The notes under the pieces were generated by a model that was not told the origin of the DNA, searched no databases, and worked only from the letters and a program-made list of their open reading frames with translations. Below are positions 52,680 to 62,192 of a DNA stretch of 64,000 nt, in pieces. The stretch lies in NCBI GenBank assembly GCA_016789905.1, contig JAEUQC010000023.1:2-64001 (forward strand). Reading direction: 5' to 3'. The translations under genes were made by a program, and so were the position numbers. The stretch comes from Bryobacterales bacterium (GTDB lineage: Bacteria; Acidobacteriota; Terriglobia; Bryobacterales; Bryobacteraceae). How positions within the stretch are numbered: the first letter of the stretch is position 1; each line of letters opens with the position of its first letter.

Positions 52680-55600
52680 ATGTTGTATCGATGTTCAATA
52701 CTAATCGCTTTGGCGATCACTGGCTTATACGGACAAAGCACCACCGGCACTCTTGTGGGCACCGTCAGGGATTCCACCGGCGCGGTTGTCGCGGGCGCCA
52801 AAGTGCGTGTTTCCAACACCGGCACCGGCGCCACATTGGAAGTCCTATCCAATGGCGATGGTGACTACGTCGCCCCCAACCTGATGCCGGCCGGCTACAA
52901 CTTGCGCGTGGAGCATCCCGGCTTCCGCTCCGTCGACGTGAAGCAAATCACCCTGCTCACCAGCCAGACCATCCGCAACGACATCCGCATGGAACCCGGC
53001 GACCTGCAGCAGACTGTCTCCGTCGAAGCCGCCGCGCCTGTCGTGGCGTCGGAGTCTTCATCACTCGCCAACAATGTCGACAGCCATACCGTTGTCACGC
53101 TCCCTCTCAATGGCCGCACGCTCGACCGCCTGATTCTCATCACACCCGGCAACACTTCCGACAGCCCCTCCAACCCCAAGCTCGCCGGCTCGCTCCACTG
53201 GGGCGGCAACTTCTTCTCCATCGACGGTGTGGCCTTCAACGACCTCGGCAACGGCGGCGCCGCGTACTCCTACCAGACCGCTCTCTCCACCACCCCTTCC
53301 GTCGACACAATTCAGGATTTCAAGATCGAAACAAACAACGCCAAAGCCGAACACGAAGGCTCCGCGGCCATCTCGATCATCACCAAAAGCGGCACGAACG
53401 ATTTTAGGTTCACCCTCTTTGAATTCAACCGCAATCGCGCCTTCGCCGCCAAGGACTTTTTCGCCACCGGCCTGCCCAAACCCGCCTTCAACCGCAACGA
53501 ATTCGGTGCCACCGTGGGCGGCCCAATTATAAAGAACAAGACGTTTTTCTTCGGCTCCTACGAAGGCCTGCGCCAGCGCACCGCCCGCGCCAACGTGCTC
53601 AGCGTCGGCACCTCCGCCATGCGCGCCGGCAACTTCGGCGGCTATGGCGTCATCAATGATCCGCTCTCCGGCACGCCGTTCGCTAATAACATCATCCCCA
53701 CCAGCCGCCTAAACCCGCAGGCCCAGCAACTGGTGAGCAATATCCCCCTGCCAAACCAGCCTGGAACGGTTGGCGCCTCCGGCCCGGCAAACAACTTCGC
53801 CGAAACCGTCGGCAACGTGATCGACGTCAATCGCTACACCGCCAAGTTCGATCACAACTTCACTTCGAAGGATTCGATCAACGCCGTTCTCAGCTACTCC
53901 AAGGGCTCCCCCTACTTCGTCGCGCTCGGAACGCCGGCTAACTACGGAAACTTCGGCGACGGCGGCTACACCACCAAGAGCGCTTCCTTCGGCTACAACC
54001 GCACCATCAGCCCCACCATCCTCAACGAGTTCCGCTACGCCTACTTCAACCACGCCAGCTTGCGCATCGGGCAGAACACGACCTTTGACCCATCCACCAT
54101 TTTCCCGACACTCTACAAACCGCTTCCCATCGGCGGTCTGCCCAACGTTTCCATCGCCGGTTTCACCGGCATCGGCGACTCCGGCGGCAGCCCCCGCGCA
54201 CCGCAAATCACCCAGCAGTTCACCAACAACCTTTCCATCGTAAAAGGCGCGCACACCTTGAAAATGGGCGCCGACATCGGCTTCGGCCGCATCTCCTCCA
54301 ACCCAGGCGCCGGCGGCACCGCCTTTGGCTCCTTCGCTTTCCAGCCGCGCTACACCGCCAACTCCTACGCCGATTTCATGCTCGGCTTCCCGGTTAGCGC
54401 CGTCCGCGCCACGCCGTCCATCAACAACCTGCTCTACAACACCCGCTACGGCCTCTATGTTCAGGACGATTGGAAAGTGAACGCGAAACTGACCATCAAT
54501 CTGGGCATGCGCTACACGTTGCAGACCCAGACCCAGGAACGCGATGGCTCGTTCGCCAACTTCGACCTCGCCAAGGGCGTCTACGTTATTCGCACCGAAA
54601 ACGGCCAACTCCCGCGTCTCGCCGTGCCCCGGTTGCTTGCAGCCTACCCCTACGTGGAATCGGAAAAGAACGGCTGGGGCTCCAATGTCATCACCGCGGA
54701 CCACAACAACTTCGGCCCCCGGTTTGGCTTTGCCTACCGTCCCTTCAACGACAACAAGACCGTCATCCGCGGCGGTCTCGGCGTCTTCTACAACATCATC
54801 CCCGTCTACATCGGCATCCGGCAGATCTCAATGACCAACACGCCCTTCCTGCTCTCAGAAACCTTTGAAGCCGGTGCCACGCCCACGCTCTCGCTGGCCA
54901 ACCCCTTCCCTGGCGCGGGCGCTCTTTCGGCCAACCCCGGCATCACAGCTGTGAACCGCGAAATCAAAAACACCTCGTCCGTTCAATACAACTTCACTCT
55001 GGAACGGGAAGTCGCAGCCAACACGGGCGTGCGCGTGAGCTATGTCGGCAACAAAGGGACATCGGTGCCCTGGTACAACTACAATCGCAACCTGCCCTTC
55101 CAGCAGCGGCCTGGCACCATCCAATCCGCACGGCCGTTCCAGCCGTGGGCGGACATCATTACGCTCGACACCAACGGCAACTCCATCACCCACCAGTTAC
55201 AGACCGAATTGATCCGCCGCTTCAGCCGCGGTCTGTTCATCCAGGCCAGCTATACCTGGAACAAGACGCTGGACAACGTGCCGATCGTGGGCGGTCCGCA
55301 AGATCCCTACAACGCCGCGCTCGACCGCGGCAACGGCGACTCCATCCGTCCTCACGTCGGCTACATCTCGGCCACCTACGACCTGCCCTTCTTCAAGCAG
55401 AACAAAATTCTCGGCGGCTGGCAGGTGGCCGGCATTGGACAGTTCCGCGCCGGCACTCCGTTCAGCGTCGGCTACAACGTCACGCAGGCGGGCTGGCTCG
55501 GCGGGCGCGCCAATGTCGTGAACTCGAACTTCTACCCGGACAACAAGAACATCGAAGGCTGGTTCAACCCTTCGGCGTTCGCGATTCCCGCCCCATTTAC

Positions 55601-55850
55601 CTTCGGCAACGCGGCACGCAACATGCTGTTCGGGCCCGGGCAGAAAATTATTGATATGAGCGTGTTGAAGGACTTCCGGTTCACCGAGACACGCTACCTG
55701 CAGTTCCGCGCGGAAGCCTTTAACATGCCCAACACGCCGAGCTTCGGCAATCCGGGCGCCAATCTTTCTGTGCCGGCTTCTGTCGGTAAGATCCGTGGCA
55801 CCACCGTTTCGGCACGGGCCATCCAGTTCGGGTTGAAGCTCTACTTCTGA
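52680..55850 (+). CDS. TonB-dependent receptor with carboxypeptidase-regulatory-like N-terminal domain
   Basis: GAGGAGGGG SD. GTVRDSTGAVVAGAKVRVSNTGTG is the CarboxypepD_reg domain, followed by the plug (LPLNGRT). The C-terminus ends ...IQFGLKLYF. Confidence 0.9.
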   Translation: MLYRCSILIALAITGLYGQSTTGTLVGTVRDSTGAVVAGAKVRVSNTGTGATLEVLSNGDGDYVAPNLMPAGYNLRVEHPGFRSVDVKQITLLTSQTIRNDIRMEPGDLQQTVSVEAAAPVVASESSSLANNVDSHTVVTLPLNGRTLDRLILITPGNTSDSPSNPKLAGSLHWGGNFFSIDGVAFNDLGNGGAAYSYQTALSTTPSVDTIQDFKIETNNAKAEHEGSAAISIITKSGTNDFRFTLFEFNRNRAFAAKDFFATGLPKPAFNRNEFGATVGGPIIKNKTFFFGSYEGLRQRTARANVLSVGTSAMRAGNFGGYGVINDPLSGTPFANNIIPTSRLNPQAQQLVSNIPLPNQPGTVGASGPANNFAETVGNVIDVNRYTAKFDHNFTSKDSINAVLSYSKGSPYFVALGTPANYGNFGDGGYTTKSASFGYNRTISPTILNEFRYAYFNHASLRIGQNTTFDPSTIFPTLYKPLPIGGLPNVSIAGFTGIGDSGGSPRAPQITQQFTNNLSIVKGAHTLKMGADIGFGRISSNPGAGGTAFGSFAFQPRYTANSYADFMLGFPVSAVRATPSINNLLYNTRYGLYVQDDWKVNAKLTINLGMRYTLQTQTQERDGSFANFDLAKGVYVIRTENGQLPRLAVPRLLAAYPYVESEKNGWGSNVITADHNNFGPRFGFAYRPFNDNKTVIRGGLGVFYNIIPVYIGIRQISMTNTPFLLSETFEAGATPTLSLANPFPGAGALSANPGITAVNREIKNTSSVQYNFTLEREVAANTGVRVSYVGNKGTSVPWYNYNRNLPFQQRPGTIQSARPFQPWADIITLDTNGNSITHQLQTELIRRFSRGLFIQASYTWNKTLDNVPIVGGPQDPYNAALDRGNGDSIRPHVGYISATYDLPFFKQNKILGGWQVAGIGQFRAGTPFSVGYNVTQAGWLGGRANVVNSNFYPDNKNIEGWFNPSAFAIPAPFTFGNAARNMLFGPGQKIIDMSVLKDFRFTETRYLQFRAEAFNMPNTPSFGNPGANLSVPASVGKIRGTTVSARAIQFGLKLYF

Positions 55851-58381
55851 TGATCCATCGTTGGGCAATATTGGCACTGTTTGGACTGGCGGCGGCCGGC
55901 AAGGATGCGGTGTTTTTTGAAACTCGCATCCGGCCGCTGCTGGCCAGGCACTGCTACAGTTGTCACGGGCAAACGGAAATGGCCGGGCTGCGGATGGACT
56001 CTCGGGAACGAATCGTTCGCGGGGGAAAGTCGGGTCCGGCGCTGGTTCCTGGGAAAGCGGAGGACAGCCTGCTCCTGCAGGCCGTGGAGCATCGCCACAC
56101 GAAGTTGAAGATGCCGCCTGGGCGCAAACTTGGCGACAATGAACTTGCTGACCTGCGCGAGTGGATTAACGCGGGCGCCGTCTGGCCCGAAGAGCGGGGG
56201 GCGTCAGACGGAAAGGCGCTTTGGTCGCTGCGGCCCGTGCAAAAGCCGGAGAACGGAAGCATCGACAGGTTGATCCAGGCGCGGCTGAATGCTGACGGAT
56301 TGGCGCAAGGACCCACGGCCGACCGCCGCACACTATTGCGGCGTGCAACGTTCGATTTGACAGGTCTGCCCCCAACTCCGGAAGAGATGCGCGCGTTCCT
56401 GGCCGACGCTTCTCCAAACGCCTTCGCCAAGGTGGTTGATAGGTTGCTCGCCTCGCCGCGCTACGGGGAGCGGTGGGCCCGCCAATGGCTGGACGTCGCG
56501 CGTTACTCCGATGGCGCGCAGGCCGCGCGCGAAGACACGCCGTTCGAAAACGCTTGGCGTTACCGGGACTGGGTGGTCCAGGCGCTGAACGAGGACCTGC
56601 CTTACGACGAGTTCGTCCGAGCGCAGATTGCGGCCGATCTATTGCCGGGCCGAAAGCACTTGGCTGCATTGGGCTTTCAAACGGTAGGCGAGAGTGACAA
56701 TGATCGCGTTGACGTCACCACGCGCGCCTTCCTTGGTTTCACCGTGGGCTGCGCGCAGTGCCACGACCATAAGTTCGACCCCATTCCAACGAAGGACTAT
56801 TACTCGCTTCTCGGCGTTTTCAAGAGCAGCACCGTAGATGAGCATCCGCTCGTGGACGCCGCTGAAGTCACCCGCTACAAAAACGCGAAAAAAGCCGTGG
56901 CCGCGAAGCAGGAAGAATTGAACCTGTTTCTGGAGTCGCAGACAAAACTGGTGGCTGATGTGCTCGCGTCGCGGACGGCGGACTATCTGCTGGCGGCTTG
57001 GACCGGCAAGGGCGGCGATGACCTCGACACCGAAACTTTGGGCCGTTGGAAAAAGTACCTCGCCGACCCGAAGAAGGATCATCCGTTCTTCGCGCCATGG
57101 TTCGGGCACGAAGGAGAAGCAACAGCAAAGGAAATGCAGGCGGCGGTTCGCGCGGTGATGGCGGAAAAGAAGGCCATTGATGATCGCAACTACGTGAAGC
57201 TGGGTGGCCTGGAAGGCATGAAGGACACCGGCAAAGTGATCGACACGCTGGTGGACGCGCTGCCCATTGAACGATTCTATTTTTGGCGCGACGTGGCCTC
57301 GCGGCCATACAAAGTGGAGGACCTGAACTTCAGCGGAGGTGTCTTCTACTACGGGCCGAAGGACGTAGAACGCTTCCTGGAGCCGCGGACAACAACGTAC
57401 TTGGCAACGCTGCGAGCGGAGTTGAAGTCGCTGCAGGCCGCCGTTCCCAAGGCGTATCCCTTCTATCACGTACTGCGCGAAGCCGATAAGCCGGCAAACA
57501 CGAAGCTCGCCATTCGGGGCAACCCGGAGAACCTGGGCGAAGAAGTGCCGCGCCACTTTCTTACTGCGCTGTGCGATGGCGAACCCGCGCCATTCCAGCA
57601 CGGCAGCGGGCGCCGGGAACTGGCGGACGCGGTCGCGTCGGCCGCCAATCCACTCACGGCCCGCGTCATCGTGAACCGGCTGTGGGCAGGCCACTTCGGC
57701 CAGGGCCTGGTCCGCACGCCAAGCAATTTCGGGCAACTCGGCGAACGCCCCTCGCACCCGGAACTGCTCGACTTTCTTGCGGCGCGGCTCGTGGAAACAG
57801 GCTGGAGCCTGAAAGCGCTGCACCGCGAAATAATGCTCTCCAAAACCTATCAACTGGCCTCCGATGTAACGCTCGGACCAGCTTCGCGAAAGGACCCGGA
57901 CAACCGGCTGATGTGGCGAGCCAACGTGAAGGAGCGCCTCGACGCCGAATCGATCCGGGATTCCATCCTCGCCGTAGCGGGGACGTTGGATTTGAAGGTT
58001 GGAGGACCGCCGGAGAAGTTCAGCGAGCATTTCACGCGACGCGCGCTCTATGGCACCGTCAGCCGCGGGCAGCCGGACCGCACCATGGCCCTGTTTGACT
58101 TTCCCGACGCCACCGCCTCATCCGAACAGCGGATTGTTACCGTCGGCCCCATGCAGCGGCTCTTTTTTATGAACAGCCCCTTTGTTGCGGAACAGGCCCA
58201 GGCACTCGGGGCGCGCATCGCATCCATGGGAATTGCCGGCGCGTATGAGCTGCTCTTCGCGCGCCCGGCGACGGCCGAAGAGATCCAATTAGGCGAGGCA
58301 TTCGTCGGCGGCGATGTGAAAAAATGGCCTCGCTACGCGCAGGTGCTGTTGAGCGCGGCGGAGTTCAGTGCGGTGAAATGA
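55850..58381 (+). CDS. PSCyt1/DUF1549/DUF1553 protein (Planctomycete-type cytochrome c domain protein)
   Basis: The ATG shares its A with the TBDR TGA. Motifs are CYSCHG (CxxCH), SPRYGERWARQWLDVARYSD (DUF1549) and GCAQCHDHKFDPIPTKDYY (DUF1553). Confidence 0.9.
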   Translation: MIHRWAILALFGLAAAGKDAVFFETRIRPLLARHCYSCHGQTEMAGLRMDSRERIVRGGKSGPALVPGKAEDSLLLQAVEHRHTKLKMPPGRKLGDNELADLREWINAGAVWPEERGASDGKALWSLRPVQKPENGSIDRLIQARLNADGLAQGPTADRRTLLRRATFDLTGLPPTPEEMRAFLADASPNAFAKVVDRLLASPRYGERWARQWLDVARYSDGAQAAREDTPFENAWRYRDWVVQALNEDLPYDEFVRAQIAADLLPGRKHLAALGFQTVGESDNDRVDVTTRAFLGFTVGCAQCHDHKFDPIPTKDYYSLLGVFKSSTVDEHPLVDAAEVTRYKNAKKAVAAKQEELNLFLESQTKLVADVLASRTADYLLAAWTGKGGDDLDTETLGRWKKYLADPKKDHPFFAPWFGHEGEATAKEMQAAVRAVMAEKKAIDDRNYVKLGGLEGMKDTGKVIDTLVDALPIERFYFWRDVASRPYKVEDLNFSGGVFYYGPKDVERFLEPRTTTYLATLRAELKSLQAAVPKAYPFYHVLREADKPANTKLAIRGNPENLGEEVPRHFLTALCDGEPAPFQHGSGRRELADAVASAANPLTARVIVNRLWAGHFGQGLVRTPSNFGQLGERPSHPELLDFLAARLVETGWSLKALHREIMLSKTYQLASDVTLGPASRKDPDNRLMWRANVKERLDAESIRDSILAVAGTLDLKVGGPPEKFSEHFTRRALYGTVSRGQPDRTMALFDFPDATASSEQRIVTVGPMQRLFFMNSPFVAEQAQALGARIASMGIAGAYELLFARPATAEEIQLGEAFVGGDVKKWPRYAQVLLSAAEFSAVK

Positions 58382-59727
58382 GGGTAAGGATGCATAGACG
58401 CGATTTCATGCTCGGCGCCGGCTTTGGCGCTGTTGGACTCGCCGGAACGGCAGCCGCGGCGACGCACCACGCCGCCAAGGCGAAGCATGTCATCTTTCTG
58501 TTCCTGAATGGCGGCCTATCGCAGGTGGATACATTTGACCCCAAGCCCGAGTTAACGCGGATGCACAATAAGCCGCTGCCGGGGCCCAAAGTGAAAACGG
58601 ATTCTGCCACCGGCAACCTGATGAAATCGCCGTTTGGGTTCAAGAAGTACGGACAAAGCGGGATCGAAGTGAGCGATATCTTCCCGCGCGTCGGCGGGCT
58701 CATCGACGATTTTTGCGTCGTCCGCGGTTGCTATGCCGACAACGGGAACCACGGGCCGTCACTGATGCTCATGAACACAGGCCATCAGTTGGCTGGGCGT
58801 CCGTCAATGGGGTCCTGGATCACCTACGGGTTGGGGACGGAGAACAAGAACCTGCCTGGGTTTATGGCGCTCTGTCCGGGGTATCCGGTGATGGGGCCGC
58901 GGCTATGGAGTTCGGGCTTTCTGCCGAACATTCACCAGGGAACCTACATTCCCAACAGCGAACGGACGCCGGATAAGTTAGTCGCAAACGTGCGGAACGC
59001 GAAGTTGAGCGTGCGGGAGCAGGAAGAGCAGTTGGGACTGTTGGATCGGCTGAACAAGCTCTATCTGGGTGACGGCACGGCGCAGCCAAAGGTGGCTGCC
59101 GGCGTACAGGCGATGGAGGTGGCGTTCCGGATGCAAGCCGAAGCGCCGGAGGCCTTTGACCTGGCTCGCGAAGACTCGGGAACGCGGCAGCGCTATGGCG
59201 ACACCGAGTTCGGCCGCGGCTGCCTCCTGGCCCGCCGGCTCGTCGAACGCGGCGTGCGGATGGTGCAGGTCTACTTCGGCAACTCGCAGCCTTGGGATAG
59301 TCATGAGGATATCAACTCGCACAAAGGCCTGGCCGCGCAGGCCGATCCTGCTATCGCGTCCCTCGTTGAGGACCTGAAGGCCCGCGGTCTCTTCAATGAG
59401 ACCGTGATCATTGTCGGCAGCGAATTTGGCCGCACGCCAATGATCCAAAGCGCGGGCCAACTGCGCGTGAACCAGGGGCGCGACCACAACGTGCTCGGCT
59501 TCACCACGCTCCTCGCCGGGGGCGGCATCCGTGGCGGAATGACGCACGGTGCCACCGATGAGTTTGGGCTGCGGGCCGTTGAAAACCGCGTGCATCCACA
59601 CGACCTGCAAGCCACGGTTCTCCACCTCCTCGGCCTCGATCACACGCGGCTCACCTATCGCTATTCGGGCCGGGATTTCCGACTGACCGACGTCGGCGGC
59701 CGCGTCGTCCGCGAACTGCTGGCGTAG
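58378..59727 (+). CDS. DUF1501 protein (sulfatase/alkaline-phosphatase superfamily), Tat-exported
   Basis: ATG 58378 forms an ATGA overlap with the upstream stop. The alternative ATG is 58390. The Tat signal is HRRDFMLGAGFGAVGLAGTAAAA. The DUF1501 signature is IFLFLNGGLSQVDTFDPKP. Confidence 0.9.
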   Translation: MRVRMHRRDFMLGAGFGAVGLAGTAAAATHHAAKAKHVIFLFLNGGLSQVDTFDPKPELTRMHNKPLPGPKVKTDSATGNLMKSPFGFKKYGQSGIEVSDIFPRVGGLIDDFCVVRGCYADNGNHGPSLMLMNTGHQLAGRPSMGSWITYGLGTENKNLPGFMALCPGYPVMGPRLWSSGFLPNIHQGTYIPNSERTPDKLVANVRNAKLSVREQEEQLGLLDRLNKLYLGDGTAQPKVAAGVQAMEVAFRMQAEAPEAFDLAREDSGTRQRYGDTEFGRGCLLARRLVERGVRMVQVYFGNSQPWDSHEDINSHKGLAAQADPAIASLVEDLKARGLFNETVIIVGSEFGRTPMIQSAGQLRVNQGRDHNVLGFTTLLAGGGIRGGMTHGATDEFGLRAVENRVHPHDLQATVLHLLGLDHTRLTYRYSGRDFRLTDVGGRVVRELLA

Positions 59728-59793
59728 GACGGCCCACCGCCGGGTATCACCACGCTGCCGGGTCCTCCGCGCGCGTTAGCATGGTAGTAGCAC

Positions 59794-60441
59794 ATGGCGG
59801 CGCACACTCTTCTTCTGCTGCACGCTTCGCGAGCCTCGGTGGATCCAGTCTCCGAGTTTTACTTGCGCGAGGCCGGAGACCTGCGGCCGGTCAACATTCT
59901 CGATGAAGGTGTCATGGGGGAACTCGACGCCCGAAACTGGGCACGAGCCGTGCCGCGCCTTCGCAGCCTCGTGGAACAGGCCGTGGAGGCCTATGGCATC
60001 ACCTCAGCGCTCGTCACCTGCTCAGCGCTTGGGCCGGAGCAGATGGCGGCCATCCGCGCGAATTCTCCCGTCCGCTCCATCAAAATCGACGAGCCAATGC
60101 TCGCCACGGCGGCGGGTTCGTTTTCCGGCGCCATCGGATTATTAACAACGTTTCCATCGACGGCGGAAACCTCCGCCGCCTGGTTGCGTCACTTCCGCCC
60201 CGATGTGAACATCGAAACCGTTTGCGACGCCGAGGCGCTGCATGCGCTGCTGCTCGGTGAGCGAGACCGGCACGACCGCCGGCTCCTGGAGGCCGCCGAT
60301 GCGCTGGCGGCTCGGGGCGTAGAAGGAATCGTGCTTGCGCAAGTTTCAATGGCCAGACTCGCTGGTGAAATCCGGCGCCGGACAGGTTTGACCGTGTTAG
60401 AAAGCCTAACAACTTCTTTGGCCGGAATCCGTGGGGAATGA
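59794..60441 (+). CDS. Asp/Glu/hydantoin-racemase-superfamily-like protein (tentative)
   Basis: 215 aa with two Rossmann-like halves. LVTCSALG could be the catalytic-Cys motif. The second-half counterpart (IVLAQVSMA) lacks Cys. The assignment is weak. Confidence 0.4.
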   Translation: MAAHTLLLLHASRASVDPVSEFYLREAGDLRPVNILDEGVMGELDARNWARAVPRLRSLVEQAVEAYGITSALVTCSALGPEQMAAIRANSPVRSIKIDEPMLATAAGSFSGAIGLLTTFPSTAETSAAWLRHFRPDVNIETVCDAEALHALLLGERDRHDRRLLEAADALAARGVEGIVLAQVSMARLAGEIRRRTGLTVLESLTTSLAGIRGE

Positions 60442-60463
60442 TAAGCTGAAAAACTGCGCCTGA

Positions 60464-61984
60464 ATGCCAAAAAGAACCATGCCCGCCCAGCCAACCCTTC
60501 CTAAAATCTGTATTGCCCTTGGTCTCAACACAGTTGAGAAACTGATGGCGCACGCTCACGCCGAAGTGGAAAGTGGCGAAAAGTTCCTGGAATTTCGATT
60601 GGACTATCTGCCGAGCCCAATGGAAGGGGCGATGGCGCTGCCCAGGTTTCTGGCCCAAAATCCCGAGTGCTCCGTCTTAGCGACATGCCGTCGCCATCAG
60701 AACCATGGCAAATTCGATGGCAGCATTCCCGAACAGATTCGCATTCTGGAAGCGGCGGTGGATCACGGCGCCGTCGCGGTGGACCTTGAAATCGAAAGCG
60801 CCGAAAACGCCGCCGATCAATTGGACCGTTTGCGCAAGACTTCCAAGTTAGTGGTGAGTTACCACAATTTTGAAGGAACTCCTTCGATTGAGCCGGTCTA
60901 CAAACGAATGGCCAAGATACCGGCCTACGCCTATAAAATTGTTACAACCGCGCGGAAGCCCAGCGACGCTTATAAGATGTTGGCGCTGGCAAAGGCGCAC
61001 CCGAAAGAGAAACTCATTGTGCTGGCGATGGGTGAACCTGGCTTCTCTTCTCGTGTGCTCGCGCCATCATTCGGCGGACTCTACACCTACGCCGCGCCGA
61101 ACGCGGCCGAAGGCACCGCCTCGGGCCAGGTAAGCGCGAAGATGCTGCGCCACCTCTACCGGGTGGACAAGTTTACCAAGGCGGCAAGAATCTTTGGGGT
61201 CGTGGCCGATCCGGTCCGCCACTCCATTTCGCCCAACGTGCATAACCGCGCGTTCCAAAGCAAGCGCATGGACGCTGTCTATCTGCCCTTTCTGGTGCAT
61301 GGCAACCAGTTGAAGGATTTCTTCCAGATGGCCGACGCCATGCCCCTCACCGGGGCCAGCATCACGATTCCGCACAAGCAAAAGATCTTGCGCTACCTGG
61401 ATACGGTGGAGCCATTGGCGCGGCGGATTGGCGCCGTAAATACTATCTGGAAAAAGGCCGGCAAGTGGCGCGGCACCAATACGGATGCCGAGGGCGTAAC
61501 GGTTCCCCTTGCCAAACGGCTCAAGCTGGCCAAGAGCACCGCGCTCATAGTTGGCAACGGCGGCGCGGCACGCGGCGCCGCTTTCGCGCTGGCCGACGCG
61601 GGTGCGAAGGTCTCCCTCGTGGGCCGGAATCTCGACCGTGTCCGCGCCTTGGCACGCATCTGCAATGGCGAACCACTATCTCGGGAACAAGCCGTGGCAA
61701 AGACGTTCGACGTAGTTGTCCATTGCACTCCCATCGGCATGTGGCCCCACGCGGACGAATGTTTCTTTGAGGATCGTATCCCCGGCAAACTGGTGTTCGA
61801 TATGGTGTACAACCCGCGGGAGACGGTACTGTTGAAACGCGCCAAGGACCAGGGCGCCGAAACGATTGACGGCGTGGCGATGTTCCTGGAGCAGGCCGCG
61901 CGCCAGTTTGAGATTTTCACCGGCGAAACCGCACCCAGGGCTGTCATGGAGAAGGCGGCGCTTGAGTCTTTAGCCGGACACTAG
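60464..61984 (+). CDS. aroDE: Bifunctional type I 3-dehydroquinate dehydratase / shikimate 5-dehydrogenase
   Basis: The N-terminal half is AroD-like (ICIALG...FLEFRLDYL...VVSYHNFEGTP...YKIVTTA). The C-terminal half is AroE-like (IFGVVADPVRHSISPNVHNRAF...YLPF...GASITIPHK...NTD..G...VGNGGAARGAAFAL). Confidence 0.9.
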   Translation: MPKRTMPAQPTLPKICIALGLNTVEKLMAHAHAEVESGEKFLEFRLDYLPSPMEGAMALPRFLAQNPECSVLATCRRHQNHGKFDGSIPEQIRILEAAVDHGAVAVDLEIESAENAADQLDRLRKTSKLVVSYHNFEGTPSIEPVYKRMAKIPAYAYKIVTTARKPSDAYKMLALAKAHPKEKLIVLAMGEPGFSSRVLAPSFGGLYTYAAPNAAEGTASGQVSAKMLRHLYRVDKFTKAARIFGVVADPVRHSISPNVHNRAFQSKRMDAVYLPFLVHGNQLKDFFQMADAMPLTGASITIPHKQKILRYLDTVEPLARRIGAVNTIWKKAGKWRGTNTDAEGVTVPLAKRLKLAKSTALIVGNGGAARGAAFALADAGAKVSLVGRNLDRVRALARICNGEPLSREQAVAKTFDVVVHCTPIGMWPHADECFFEDRIPGKLVFDMVYNPRETVLLKRAKDQGAETIDGVAMFLEQAARQFEIFTGETAPRAVMEKAALESLAGH

Positions 61985-62003
61985 TATCAGTTAGAATTGC
62001 CAT

Positions 62004-62192
62004 ATGCGGCGACGTGAACTGGCTTGGGCATTGCTGGCGGGATGGGCGGCGGAATCGGCCGCGCCGGCGCAGACCACCACCGCCGCCGAAGACCTGACGG
62101 CGGCGCAGGAACGGGTAAAGGCGAACCGGGCGGAGTTGGCGAAGTTTTCGATTGCGATCGCTACGGAGCCGGCCTTTGCCTTCAAAGCCTAA
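62004..62192 (+). CDS. Small ORF encoding a signal peptide plus linker; probably the detached N-terminus of the downstream amidase
   Basis: 62 aa: MRRRELAWALLAGWAAESAAPAQT..., ending TEPAFAFKA. It overlaps the amidase ORF by 41 nt in a different frame (amidase frame = +1). Confidence 0.4.
   Translation: MRRRELAWALLAGWAAESAAPAQTTTAAEDLTAAQERVKANRAELAKFSIAIATEPAFAFKA

Noticed and set aside
56639-58030. 463-aa minus-strand ORF
   Set aside because: It lies entirely antisense to the PSCyt/DUF1549/DUF1553 gene, which has unmistakable motifs. Its composition is off-frame-like.
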